Source: Podarcis bocagei (Eukaryota). Taken from it: a stretch of 64,000 nt of DNA. The stretch lies in NCBI GenBank assembly GCA_964188305.1, contig OZ076892.1. One strand, 5' to 3'. Position numbers and translations under genes: made by a program. Of the stretch, positions 1 through 10,510 are shown one piece after another; the stretch's first letter is position 1, and every line of letters starts with the position of its first letter. The notes below the pieces were generated by a model. It ran no database searches. It saw only the letters and a list, made by a program, of their open reading frames with translations, and had not been told where the DNA came from.

Positions 1-491
1 TTGATTCCTACTTGCTGCAGTGCAAACATCCTAAGTGGGAAGAGACTGTTTAAAGGATGGCCTTCTCCCAGTGAGTCTGCCTGGCCACAACAATAAACCG
101 GAGGATCTGTTTTATATTTAATCACCATAGGAGGTCAGAATGGCTGTGGCGCAGGGTATAACCTTTTCAGTTGTGGAACCCAAGTTGCAGAAAGCTCAGG
201 GATCTGCATGTCTTAAAAGACTCTTTATCAATAAGTTTAAAGATCAGCTTGCAAAAAGTGCAAGGGCCTGCATTGAGAGGCTTTCTCAGTTGCTCCTTCT
301 CAGTGAAACAGAAATTAATGCAAGGACTTTGAAGCTGGCTCAGTAGTAGATGGGCAGCCAGTACAGAGATTTTAACAATGGTATCACATGTTGCCAGCAA
401 TGTACCCCCATCAGCTGTCTGGCCAGTGCATTCTGCCCCAGCTGGAGCTTCTGAACCAGGGCCAAGGGCAATGATCTCAATTAAAATCACC

Positions 492-820
492 TTAACCACA
501 GAGCCTAGGACTTGTCGATCAGAAGGTCAGCAGTTCGAATCCCCACGACGGGGTGAGGTCCCGTTGCTCGGTCCCTGCTCCTGCCAACCTAGCAGTTTGA
601 AAGCACGTCAAAGTGCAAGTAGATAAATAGGTACCACTCCAGCGAGAAGGTAAACGGCGTTTCCGTGCGCTGCTCTGGTTCACCAGAAGCGGCTTAGTCC
701 TGCTGGCCACATGACCCGGAAGCTGTACACCGGCTCCCTCGGCCAATAAAGTGAGATGAGTGCCGCAACCCCAGAGTTGGTCACGACTGGACCTAATGGT
801 CAGGGGTCCCTTTACCTTTA
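492..820 (+). mobile_element. Sauria SINE, 5'-truncated
   Basis: tRNA-like B box GTTCGAATCC, body 'gcacgtcaaagtgcaagtagataaataggtacc', 3' end 'ggtcaggggtccctttaccttta'; four other similar copies in the window. Confidence 0.85.
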
Positions 821-2068
821 TGCCCTGCTGCAGTTAGCTTTAGAAAAAAAGTTCAATTTGGATTAAACCTTCCCTTCCCTACACTCTGCTATCCCGGTGA
901 AAATTGCTTCATCCACTACCCTAGTATTACATTTTTTTAAAAAGACATTGTTGCTATCTGTGCAATTGAAGTAATGTCTAGTTTGGCAGCTGCTCAGCTT
1001 ACCTACAAAGAAATCAGAAAACAATTTACTTGGTAGCTTTCAAAACCTTTGGCCCTTCCCTATACAAGGGAACCTGGGTTAATCTCTTATTTCATTTGTC
1101 TTGTACTATAATAATTTAACTTCCTACAACTCCCTAATCGCCCAGAATTTCTTACAACTGCCTAGAAATAAAAGGGGTGGGGAGTGGGGAGATCTAACTT
1201 GAATTTGCTTGCAGACATTCCTATTTATATTTCCCTGAGACGGTTTTTTAATGAGTGCCTCTGAAAGTATCTGAAAGCAAAATGCGAAAATAACCGGAAA
1301 TTCAAAAAGTCAAATTTGCATTCTGAAATCTTGCAGAATTTTCAAATTTGTGAACAGTTTTTGTTTTGGCTCTAGTATTCGTGCACCTTGTCTTAGGCGT
1401 TTGGCTGCGTTACAGAAATGGGCTGTGGTGGTTCTTCTTGTTTAGCAATGGAGTTCATTACTATTCGGGTGTCAGAGAGGGTGACCAAACAGGATCTCAT
1501 GCCAAAGCAAAGAACAGACCAGTTAATCAAATATAGGGGTGGGGAACCTGTGACTCTCCAGGTGTTGTTGGACTCCAACTCACCTCAGCCCAAAACAGCA
1601 TGATCAATGAACTGGGATGTTAGAAGTTGTAATGCAATAAAGTCTGGAGTAGGGATGGAGGAGAAATTCCATTCAGTATGCATTTAAAGCAGAATCTATC
1701 AAATCTGTGCATTCCAAAACAACATGTGAACAGAAACATAGGTATCTTTCAAAATTTGCTCTTATCAGAATTTTCTGATGTTCTCCAAATGATTTTTACA
1801 AAAATGCATATATTAGGTAAAAGTGTGCATAAAAAGAAAGACACCAGTGAAAATAACATACAAAAATACATTATATTAGGGGGAAAGTGTTTGTACATTA
1901 GTTTGTGCTGCATATAAAATTAAGTTCAATAGGATAAATTTGTGCTTAAATGCTGAATTTTCATGAAGATTTTTTAAAATATAAAATGTGCATTTCAGAC
2001 TGGCAAAATGAGAACCCAAGAGAACCAAAATTCACAGAACTTTCCGTCTCTAGTCTGGACAGCTATAT

Positions 2069-2204
2069 CAGGCATCACCAAGCTTTGGCCCTCCAGATGT
2101 TTTGGACTACAATTCCCATCATCCCTGACCACTGGTCCTGTTAGCTAGGGATTATGGGAGTTGTAGGCCAAAACATCTGGAGGGCCGCAGGTTGGGGACG
2201 TCTG
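2069..2204. mobile_element. Palindromic hAT-type MITE
   Basis: Long self-complementary arms (ccctccagatgttttggactacaa / ttgtaggccaaaacatctggaggg); 8-bp TSD AGCTATAT at 2061-2068 and 2205-2212. Confidence 0.8.
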
Positions 2205-2252
2205 AGCTATATGTTCCCATTACCTGATCAAAGGCAACTGATTTCACCCTAG

Positions 2253-2403
2253 GTGTATCGCAAAGTGGTGAAAGACAGCAGCACTACCTTACATATGGAC
2301 ACCATGGAAGCTGGTACTGAATACTGTGTTAAAGCCCAGACCTATGTTGAAGCCATAAACCGGAGCAGCAATTTCAGCCAGGTGCAGTGTGTGAGGGCCG
2401 AAG
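2253..2403 (+). CDS. IL20RB: IL20RB-like class II cytokine receptor, last extracellular (FNIII) exon; upstream exons not seen in window
   Basis: tag|GTG...GAAG|gtaag boundaries; VYRKVV...LHMDTMEAGTEYCVKAQTYVEAINRSSNFSQVQCVRAE closely resembles recalled human IL20RB VHLETMEPGAAYCVKAQTFVKAIGRYSAFSQTECVEVQ. Confidence 0.85.
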
Positions 2404-2504
2404 GTAAGAACAACAAAGATACTCTCCTTTCCAGACATGGTTCTCCACTGCTGGGGGGCCAGGGCAGATAAATCTAATAAAAACTTGAACATTTGTGACA
2501 CCTT

Positions 2505-2760
2505 TGTTGGGCTTACAGGGTGGGCAATTTCAAAAGTCTATATAAGGGCTTGCGTACCATTGTTCAGGGTTCTCCTCCCTCCTGCATGTGGTGAGTGGGG
2601 ACCCTGTTGCAACAGTTCCTTGAATAAAGATCAGGCTTACTAGCCGCTTTGCTTCTCAATATACTCTGGTTGGCCTCTGTTATTTTCTCCTACCGATAGG
2701 GAACCCACTTAAGGACTCTATATGGGCTCCGGAATACCCCATAAGGGAAAGGGAGCACTG
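2505..2760 (+). mobile_element. Probable LTR fragment (U3-R-U5-like)
   Basis: TATATAA at 2539-2545 followed ~80 nt later by AATAAA at 2623-2628, an LTR-like arrangement; termini not resolved. Confidence 0.4.
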
Positions 2761-2926
2761 CTTCCCTTTACTGCTTCACATTACTCTTCTTCAGAACAGT
2801 GCAAAGCCATGTAAACACAATGTGCAGCAGTGGCACTTATATCAATTCCCAGATACTTTTCAGCTCAGAGCCCCTCGTTGTGTTTTTCTGCCCTCTTAGC
2901 AACTACAGACTCTTTTTTGTCTCCAG

Positions 2927-3072
2927 CAGGCAAAGCCATATTGGTCACCTTCGCCCCACTCTTCTTGGTTATCTCTGTTGTGACTCTTTTGGCCCTTCTT
3001 TGGGTTGCCTGGAAAACATGTCAGATCTGCCAGTATTCCTGCTGCCCGAACGAGAGCCTGCCGGACACTTTG
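2927..3072 (+). CDS. IL20RB: IL20RB-like transmembrane exon
   Basis: Pyrimidine tract + CAGCAG acceptor (start 2927 or 2930, phase 1); hydrophobic AILVTFAPLFLVISVVTLLALLWVAW, then WKTCQICQYSCCPNESLPDTL|gtaag (human ...WKMGRLLQYSCCPVVVLPDTL). Confidence 0.85.
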
Positions 3073-3984
3073 GTAAGATAAGAAATGGTTTGGAGTACTT
3101 TATTGAGGTTGTGCCTTAACACTTCCAGAAAAGGTAGATGTGCCCTGCTTTTAAAAGCCATGGGTTGAAGCTTGGCGCTTATACTGTGCCTGTTACCCGG
3201 GCAGGTTATTAGAATGCATAAGAGCAGCAATCAGTCTGGCTGCAGACACATGACCATACCTTTTAAAATCACATTTCTCTCCCGCCCTCAATGAATTCTG
3301 GGCATTGTTGTTACAGGTTGCTGAGAATTGTAATTCTGTGAGGGATAAACCACATTGCCCAGAATTCTTTGTAGGGGGGCATGTTCTTTGAATGTGCACA
3401 TAACCTTGAAATGACAAAAGTCAGATCATTGAGGTGCTCAGATTTGTAAATGAAGGAATATTGCTGTAAGGGTTACAGGTAGCCCAATGTGTTTAAAGCT
3501 ATGTAACTATATTTGCCTTTGTGCTTGTTGAACCCAACGCTCGAGCAACTTAGTGAGCTATCAGGTAGAATCCTACCTGTGCTCTTCTCCCCTCGTAGTG
3601 CCACCATGAAGAGGGCTAGATACTTAACTTTTAAAATTAAAAAGCAGGGTGGAATATCACTTAAAGCTGGGGTGGGCAACACTGTGGCCCTTGAGAAACT
3701 GTCCAGTTTCCACTATCCCTGACCCTGACCATTGGCCATGGTGGCTGGGGCTGATGGAAGCCCATAAACAACTGGAGGAAGCCAAGTTCCTAATTTCTGC
3801 CTAAGGGAATCAGACTTACACAGGCCCTCTTATGGCTACAGCCCTGAGCACTGCTTTGAACACTGAGCTTTGCAATACTAATCCAGTACCTCCATCCCTC
3901 TGCAGTGGTGAAGTAAATGCTCTTCCATCTTTTCCCCATTACTGTATGGTGTTTTTTTTCCTCCTCCCCCCCCCTCTTTTCCAG

Positions 3985-4110
3985 AAAGTAACAGAATCAC
4001 CTGCTAGGCTACTAAATTACAGGGGAGAGGAGACGGAGAAATGTGATGAGTCTGTGCAAGTGCTACCCCCTGAAGAGCTTCTCCGCTTGTGGATTCATGA
4101 AACTCTTTAA
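3985..4110 (+). CDS. IL20RB: IL20RB-like terminal coding exon (short cytoplasmic tail)
   Basis: ttttccag|AAA GTA; KVTESPARLLNYRGEETEKCDESVQVLPPEELLRLWIHETL* versus recalled human KITNSPQKLISCRREEVDAC...SPEELLRAWIS; TAA at 4108-4110. Confidence 0.85.
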   Translation, partial: KVTESPARLLNYRGEETEKCDESVQVLPPEELLRLWIHETL

Positions 4111-4727
4111 TATCACACCAAGGACACAATCTGCAAGATGAGACTGCAGTGCTGCTCTCCTTTTTGCCTCTCTGAGTAAGGCACACACACACACACAGTG
4201 CACACACACAGGTAGCTTTCCTCTCCTAACAACACAAAGACAGAAAATTGAGGATTTGCTTTCTTCAAAGGGAAAGGCATCATGGGGCCAGCAAGACGGG
4301 TTCCCGCGCTGAGGGTTTCACAGAGGGGGCTGGAGCCGACACATTCATCCTTGTCTGACAGAGAACAGCAGCCAAGCTCATGGATAGCCACAGAGGCTGT
4401 GATCCTAGCTGCTTGTCATCATCTGCTTAGCTGAGAGTTAAAAGACCTTGGGCTGATTACAATGTGCTGGGTTTGCTTTTTAACATAAAGGTGCAGTGCT
4501 AGAAGGCAATGCAATTCAAATCCATGTCGATTTTGCGGAACAGGAGCAAGGAGCAGCAGGTTTGAATTCAGTGACAGACTGTAGCTTAGCAGTAGCAGCT
4601 AGCGCACGTTTTGAGTCAGAAGGTTCTAAGTGCAATATCTGGCACCTCTGTTCAAAAGGATCAGTTAGAAGATGGTGTGAAAAATCCTGAATGCCAGAGG
4701 AGACAATGCTGGAAAAGACTGACCTGG

Positions 4728-4973
4728 TACAATGGTACCTCAGGTTACATATGCTTCAGGTTACATACGCTTCAGGTTACAGATTCCGCTAACCCAGAAA
4801 TAGTGCTTCAGGTTAAGAACTTTGTTTCAGGATGAGAACAGAAATCGTGCTCCAGCGGCACAGCAGCAGCAGGAGGCCCCATTAGCTAAAGTGGTGCTTC
4901 ACGTTAAGAACAGTTTCAGGTTAAGTACAGACCTCTGGAACGAATTAAGTACTTAACCTGAGGTACCACTGTA
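4728..4973 (+). mobile_element. Tc1/mariner(pogo)-type MITE, family A, in IL20RB-like 3'UTR
   Basis: TA-flanked TIRs ca(a/g)tggtacctcaggtta ... taacctgaggtaccactg; six copies in the window. Confidence 0.85.
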
Positions 4974-5016
4974 CAAGGAAACTTCCTATGTTCCTCCTAG
5001 TCAAAGATCTCACCTG

Positions 5017-5022
5017 AATAAA
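5017..5022 (+). terminator. Candidate polyadenylation signal of the IL20RB-like gene
   Basis: First AATAAA I found after the stop codon (~900 nt downstream), followed by T-rich sequence. Confidence 0.4.
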
Positions 5023-5133
5023 TATTTTTCACATATATTTTTCAATCATAGCCCTAAGCTACGGTTAACCTTAACTCTGGGATTTTTGTAGTAAGACCGT
5101 TTCTTAAATTACAGTGTCAAGTTAGCTTATTTC

Positions 5134-5391
5134 CAGGGCCATCTTAAGCATATGCGGTGCTGGGATGCAAAGATCCGCCCGCCACCCCACCCCCTGGTTG
5201 CCCAGAGTTTCCTCAGCGCCTCACTGGCTGGCTTGCTTGCTCCCGAACTCGCAGCGCAGAGCCGCCCGCAGAAGAGCCCTCTGTGGCGCTCCGACCGACG
5301 GGTGGGCTCTTCCTCGGACTCCAACTCTCGGGGCCTCGACTCTTGGCCTGGCGCCCCTGAGAGCCTGGTGCCTATGGTTAAGATGGCCCTG
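5134..5391. mobile_element. GC-rich hAT-type MITE
   Basis: 19-bp TIR CAGGGCCATCTTAAGCATA / TATGGTTAAGATGGCCCTG (1 mismatch); perfect 8-bp TSD CTTATTTC at 5126-5133 and 5392-5399. Confidence 0.9.
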
Positions 5392-5443
5392 CTTATTTCA
5401 GCACTGTTTAACCACAGATTGTCAGGTTTGGGCAACATGTGAT

Positions 5444-5563
5444 CAGAGGCGGAGCTAGCTGCTCTGGCACCTGTGGCGAGCGCCACCCACGGCAATGTCA
5501 CCCCTGCTCAGGAATGACAGCCGGGCAAGTCGCACCAACCACACACCCCTTCCTCCACTAGTG
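5444..5563. mobile_element. Small hAT-type MITE
   Basis: 8-bp TSD CATGTGAT at 5436-5443 and 5564-5571; imperfect TIR CAGAGGCGGAG / CTCCACTAGTG. Confidence 0.65.
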
Positions 5564-6765
5564 CATGTGATTTAATTTTAAAAAAATATAAGCAAAAGCT
5601 GTCCAAATTCCTCCTCATGTCTGCCCTGGAAGAGAGGTGCACAAACCTGAGGTTTGTTGAGGCTCCTTCTTGTTACACTAAACTATGGCTTAGTATTATG
5701 TTTGAACTAGCTCAATGAGAGACGACCCTCACTATATAGGCATTTCAGAATTTTACACAGAATTCAACAACACATGGGTTGTCTGCCTTGCATTCAGGAA
5801 CTACTGTGCTTTTCCAGCTTAGTGAAAGTTGTTTACTTCCAGTGCCTAATCTGATTGGGTTAAACTTGGCCACATCTTACTTAAATGGATTAAATCACTT
5901 GCTGTGGAACTAGTTTGCTGCTTGAAAAACATTCAATTTCTGGGCCAGGTTTTAAAGTAAGACATATAACAAGTTTTGCATTATTTGGGTGGGATTTTTT
6001 TTTAACTATGCAAGGCATTGGAAGGCTTGGAAAATATTTTTAAATACTGAATTTTTTTAATGTAGTTACATGTGATTACTACTTAAGTTCAGTTCAAAAA
6101 GTTACCTTACAAAAGTTATGGTATCCTGAGTACTGCAACTCTGTGCATTCCCAATGTTAGCCATAAAATATAGAGATATCTGGAAAGCAAAACAATGTTT
6201 TGCATGTATATTTTATAGTCCTCTGATGTGCTATGCCAGTAATAAGGCGTGCAGGAAGATATCATGTAACACAGCAATGCTGATGCATAGGATTGGGGTG
6301 GGGACAGGGAAAAGAACACAGAGCACCTAATTATCTTGGCATGGAATTTTAATGCAGTCCCAACTCAGCCGTACAGCAAAATCTGACATAACCAGACTGT
6401 GAAGTGATGATGTTACAAAACGAGATTAGGATTGCCACATTTTCCCCTGGCAAAACCTATGTCCCTTTTAAGAGCTGAACAAAAATGTAGAAATCTAACC
6501 AAGTTCTTTACTAGTTACCTATGCAAGGAAAAACTGCAGTGGATGAATTTCACATAACCTTTGTCCAGCAAAAAGACAGAAATTTATCAGTTTCAGGGAG
6601 AGGTTAAGGGAAACAGTGGTTGTGGCTCCTTACTTTCAACTCCTTGCAGTTGTAGTTTCTGTAGTTAAGAAAAGAGAGGAGTAAAGTATCCTGAGCAGAA
6701 CCACTGTGAACCTTCCTCTCTAGTTTGATAGCTGGTTTTTGAAGGAATATAACTTACTGGCAACT

Positions 6766-7130
6766 GGGACGTGGGTGCTGCTGTGGTGTAAACCACTGAG
6801 CCTTGGGCTTGCCGATCAGAAGGTCAGTGGTTTGAATCCCTGCGATGGCGTGAGCTCCTGTTGTTCGGTCCCAGCTCCTGCCGACTGAGCAGTTTGAAAG
6901 CACGTCAAAGTGCAAGTAGATAAATAGGTACCACTCTGGCAGGAAGGTAAACGGCGTTTCCGTGCGCTGCTCTGGTTTCACTAGAAACGGTTTAGTCATG
7001 CTCGCCACATAACCCGGAAAAACTGCCTGCGGACAAACGTCAGCTCCCTGGACCAGTAAAGCGAGATGATAGCCGCAACCCTAGAGTCGTTCACAACTTA
7101 ACTTAACTGTCAGGGGTCGTTTACCTTTAC
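6766..7130 (+). mobile_element. Sauria SINE, full length
   Basis: Starts GGGACG..., ends tttacctttac; flanking direct repeat TTACTGGCAA at 6754-6763 and 7132-7141. Confidence 0.9.
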
Positions 7131-7430
7131 ATTACTGGCAAAAGTAGTAGTTTACTTATTAAATTTTGTAATGATTTTTTGGAATCTGGACCTAATAAAA
7201 AACATAAGCACAGCATATGTAGATTGTTTGCCACTGGCTAATCGTAACATGGAACATCTGTATGTAAATCTTATCTGTTTGCGTGACTGTAACATACATC
7301 TGACCTATATCACAAACACAGAAAGCATATAAAATTCAATGTGGCATTATAATGGTGTGGTCAAAGTTATTACATATACTAGAAGAGATGATATGTTTAA
7401 CTTCATAGTGCTGGGAAATGTGTAGATTTT

Positions 7431-9183
7431 GAGACTTCTGGGTTGGCGCCATCGCCGAATGGCGGACTCCCTCCGAGCTCCGGAGGGAGTCTGCTCGGCA
7501 GGGGCTGGGTCCTACCGCGCCGGCGACGCGGGGACCCTTAAAAACCACGAGCACGGAGCCCGTGGACATGGGGACTCGGCTGGCACCGCTAGCGCCCTCC
7601 CAACTCGTGAAGGAGCCTTTTTAAAGGCTTTGGATCGGGTGCCGGGGAGTGGCGTGGTGCTTTGAGTCCACCGCTTCCCCTGCCGAGCGCAGCCGCATGC
7701 CATTCGATGGAGAGCGCTGACTTCTTCCATTGGAAATTCGGACTATCAACAACAACCCGTGAGTAATTGGGAAACCGGGTACAAAAGGAGAAAAAAAGAA
7801 AAAAAATCGGATTTGGCACGAGCGGGGGTGATCTAAAAAGGAAGTCAGTCCCCCCCGATTGTAAACATTCTAAAACAAGGACTGGGTAACCAAGATCGAA
7901 AGAGAAGTTTATTGCTGATAAAAATCATTAATTCCACGATGGGAAATTACAAGAACTGTGCTGGAGGAGAAGAGTGGAGGGTGAGAGGGAAAATGCAACC
8001 CCCCCTGGGAACCGGGGCGATTCGTAGAGCCTGGCGAAGAGAGACGGAGACTTTGACAGCTGTCAAAGTAGCTGTCAAAGCTGGAGAATATAAAGAGGAC
8101 TTTGTTACAAGGATTTTGCTGGCTAATTCTGTTAGAATTTGACACAATATGGATATAAACTGTTGGAAAATAAGGAACAACAATTTGACTTTTGGATTAG
8201 AGGATACAAAGTTACTACAATCCCCCTAGAGGGGTTTCGGGACATTACAAGTGGTCGTACGTGGAAAATCACTCTGGGATTCGCACAGGACTTATCTTCT
8301 GGGAAAGCTGCAAAACTGAAATAGTTTGTCTACAGAGGTGTTTACATTAAAAGGAGACAATAGAATTTTCTATTGAAGAAAGGAAGGGACTGGACGTAAG
8401 TTTTTGTTCCTGAACAACAAACCTCTGTAGAGATACCAGATCTCGGAATAAGAACGTTTTAGCAGCTGAACAAGACAAGAAACCTGAGAAAGTAAGGAAT
8501 AAAAAGAACAAAGGACTAACTACGACACGGAAAGAACAATGGGAGGAGCAGCAAAGACCAAGGAAATTAAAGGCCTCTATTAGACTGGATTTTTGAAGTT
8601 AAACATCATTAAAATAAATAAATTAAAAGAAAACCGGCAAGGTGGAATGGGAAAAAATCTGGCCATGGACTTGAGACCTCCAGGCTGACAACATATAGAC
8701 TGATGGACATGGGGAATTCAAACCGGGGAAGGGAGGGGGGAGTTTTGGAATCCAAAGGCTATGTAACCATCTTTTTGAACCTTCTTATATTTTTTATCTT
8801 CTATTTCTTTATATAACTTTTGTATATCATGGTATTTTGATTTGACATGTTTAAAAAAAAGGGAATTCGTGGAAGGAAATTGGGGTAGATCTTGGGGAAA
8901 AATCTTTTTTCTTTTTCTGTTAACGATGAGGGATGATGGTAAGATTGTATAATTTAAATTGGTTAATGGGTTAAATATATTAAGTTTTAAATTGGGAGTG
9001 AGAACTTGTGGAACCAAATTACGGTAATGAAAGGGGAATATAGTCGGGAGGGGGAGGAGGGAGTCCTAGAAAGAAGGTAACGAAAGTAAGGCTTTAAATA
9101 TATTTTATCTTTTCTTTTCTGTTATATTTCTATATTATTGGAAACTCTAATAAATATGATTTTAAAAAATAAAATAAAAAAAA
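7431..9183 (+). mobile_element. Full-length non-autonomous L1-like (HAL1-like) retroelement, copy 1, ORF decayed
   Basis: 17-bp TSD GGAAATGTGTAGATTTT (7414-7430, 9184-9200); CpG-rich 5' end; AATAAA and A-rich tail; homologous to the minus-strand element at 45395-47225; no RT or endonuclease ORF. Confidence 0.8.
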
Positions 9184-9319
9184 GGAAATGTGTAGATTTT
9201 TTTTTTTAAATAGAAGCCCTGGCAGCAGTCTTTATCCTCTCCAACTTGTTTGAAGTCCTCAGTTTTATTTCCAAGTGTTCTCTTTCACAGCAACAGTTGT
9301 GAAAAAGGCAGATTCCATG

Positions 9320-9730
9320 CCAGGGATCATTAAGAAGGGAGTTGCCGTTATATGGGGCAATCACAGTTGGAATACTGTGTACAGTTCTGGTTGCCTCACC
9401 TCAGAAAGGATATTGTAGAGTTGGAAAATTTCAAGGGGGTGGAGCAACTCCCCTATGAAGCATTTGCGACTTCTTAGCTTAGAGAAAATGCGAGGATTGG
9501 AGTTTACTGCATTATGATTGAACTTTATTAAAATCATGCATTGCATTGGGAAAGTGGACCCAGAATTTTTTCGTCTCTCATGACACCACAACCCACAATG
9601 AAGCTGAATGTTGGGAGGATTCAGATGAAAGTACCTCTTGCAGATTTCCTAGACATCTGGTTAGCTGCTGTGAGAACAGGATGCTGGACTAGATTACCAT
9701 TAGTGTGGTTCAGCAGTATCTAATGCTTTA
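9320..9730 (+). mobile_element. Degenerate CR1 LINE 3' fragment
   Basis: 'ttggaatactgtgtacagttctgg...cacctcagaaaggatattgtagagttggaaaa' is the CR1 ORF2 C-terminal (LEYCVQFW) motif. Confidence 0.6.
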
Positions 9731-9934
9731 ATATTTCCCCATCTGCTGTGGCAAATTCTGCTCCTAATTAGCCCCCCACCCCATACCCTCCAACATTTCT
9801 CCGATGAAAATAGGGACATCCTATTCCATCACAATAATTTTACTATTTATACCCTGCTCATCTGACCGGGTTGTGCCAGCTACTCTGAGCGGCTTCCAAC
9901 ATAATAAAACATTAAACATTAAAGAACTTCCCTA

Positions 9935-10180
9935 TACAGTGGTACCTCAGGTTACATATGCTTCAGGTTACATATGCTTCAGGTTACAGACTCTGTTAAC
10001 CCAGAAATAGTGCTTCAGGTTAAGAACTTTGCTTCAGGATAAGAACAGAAATCATGCTTCGGAGGCGCAGCAGCAGCAGGAGGCCCCATTAGCTAAAGTG
10101 GTGCTTCAGGTTAAGAACAGTTTCAGGTTAAGAACAGACCTCCAGAACGAATTAAGTACTTAACCCGAGGTACCACTGTA
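9935..10180 (+). mobile_element. Tc1/mariner-type MITE, family A
   Basis: TA-cagtggtacctc ... gaggtaccactg-TA. Confidence 0.85.
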
Positions 10181-10254
10181 CAGAGCTGCCTTCAAATATC
10201 TCAGGCATTGGATAACTCCATACCTTCCAATATTTATCTGATGAAAATTGCGAC

Positions 10255-10510
10255 ATCGTGGCGAAGGGGCTTGAATAACTCAGAGAAGCTATGAGCTATG
10301 CCATGCAGGGCCACCCAAGACGGACAGGTCATAGCCGAGAGTTTAGATTAAATGTGATCCACCTGGAGAAGGAACTGGCAATCCACTCCAGTATTCTGCC
10401 AAGAAAACACCATGGACATAAAAAAGGAGCAGCTTTGAGAAGACAGTGTTTCCAAGGCATGCTGTAGTTCATGGGATCACGGAGTGTCGAAGACGACTAA
10501 ACAACAACAA
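10255..10510 (+). mobile_element. BovB(RTE)-derived short element (Bov-A-like)
   Basis: 'ctggagaaggaactggcaatccactccagtattctgcc' and 3' 'gttcatgggatcacggagtgtcgaagacgactaaacaacaacaa' resemble BovB/Bov-A motifs, with a (CAA)n tail. Confidence 0.65.
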
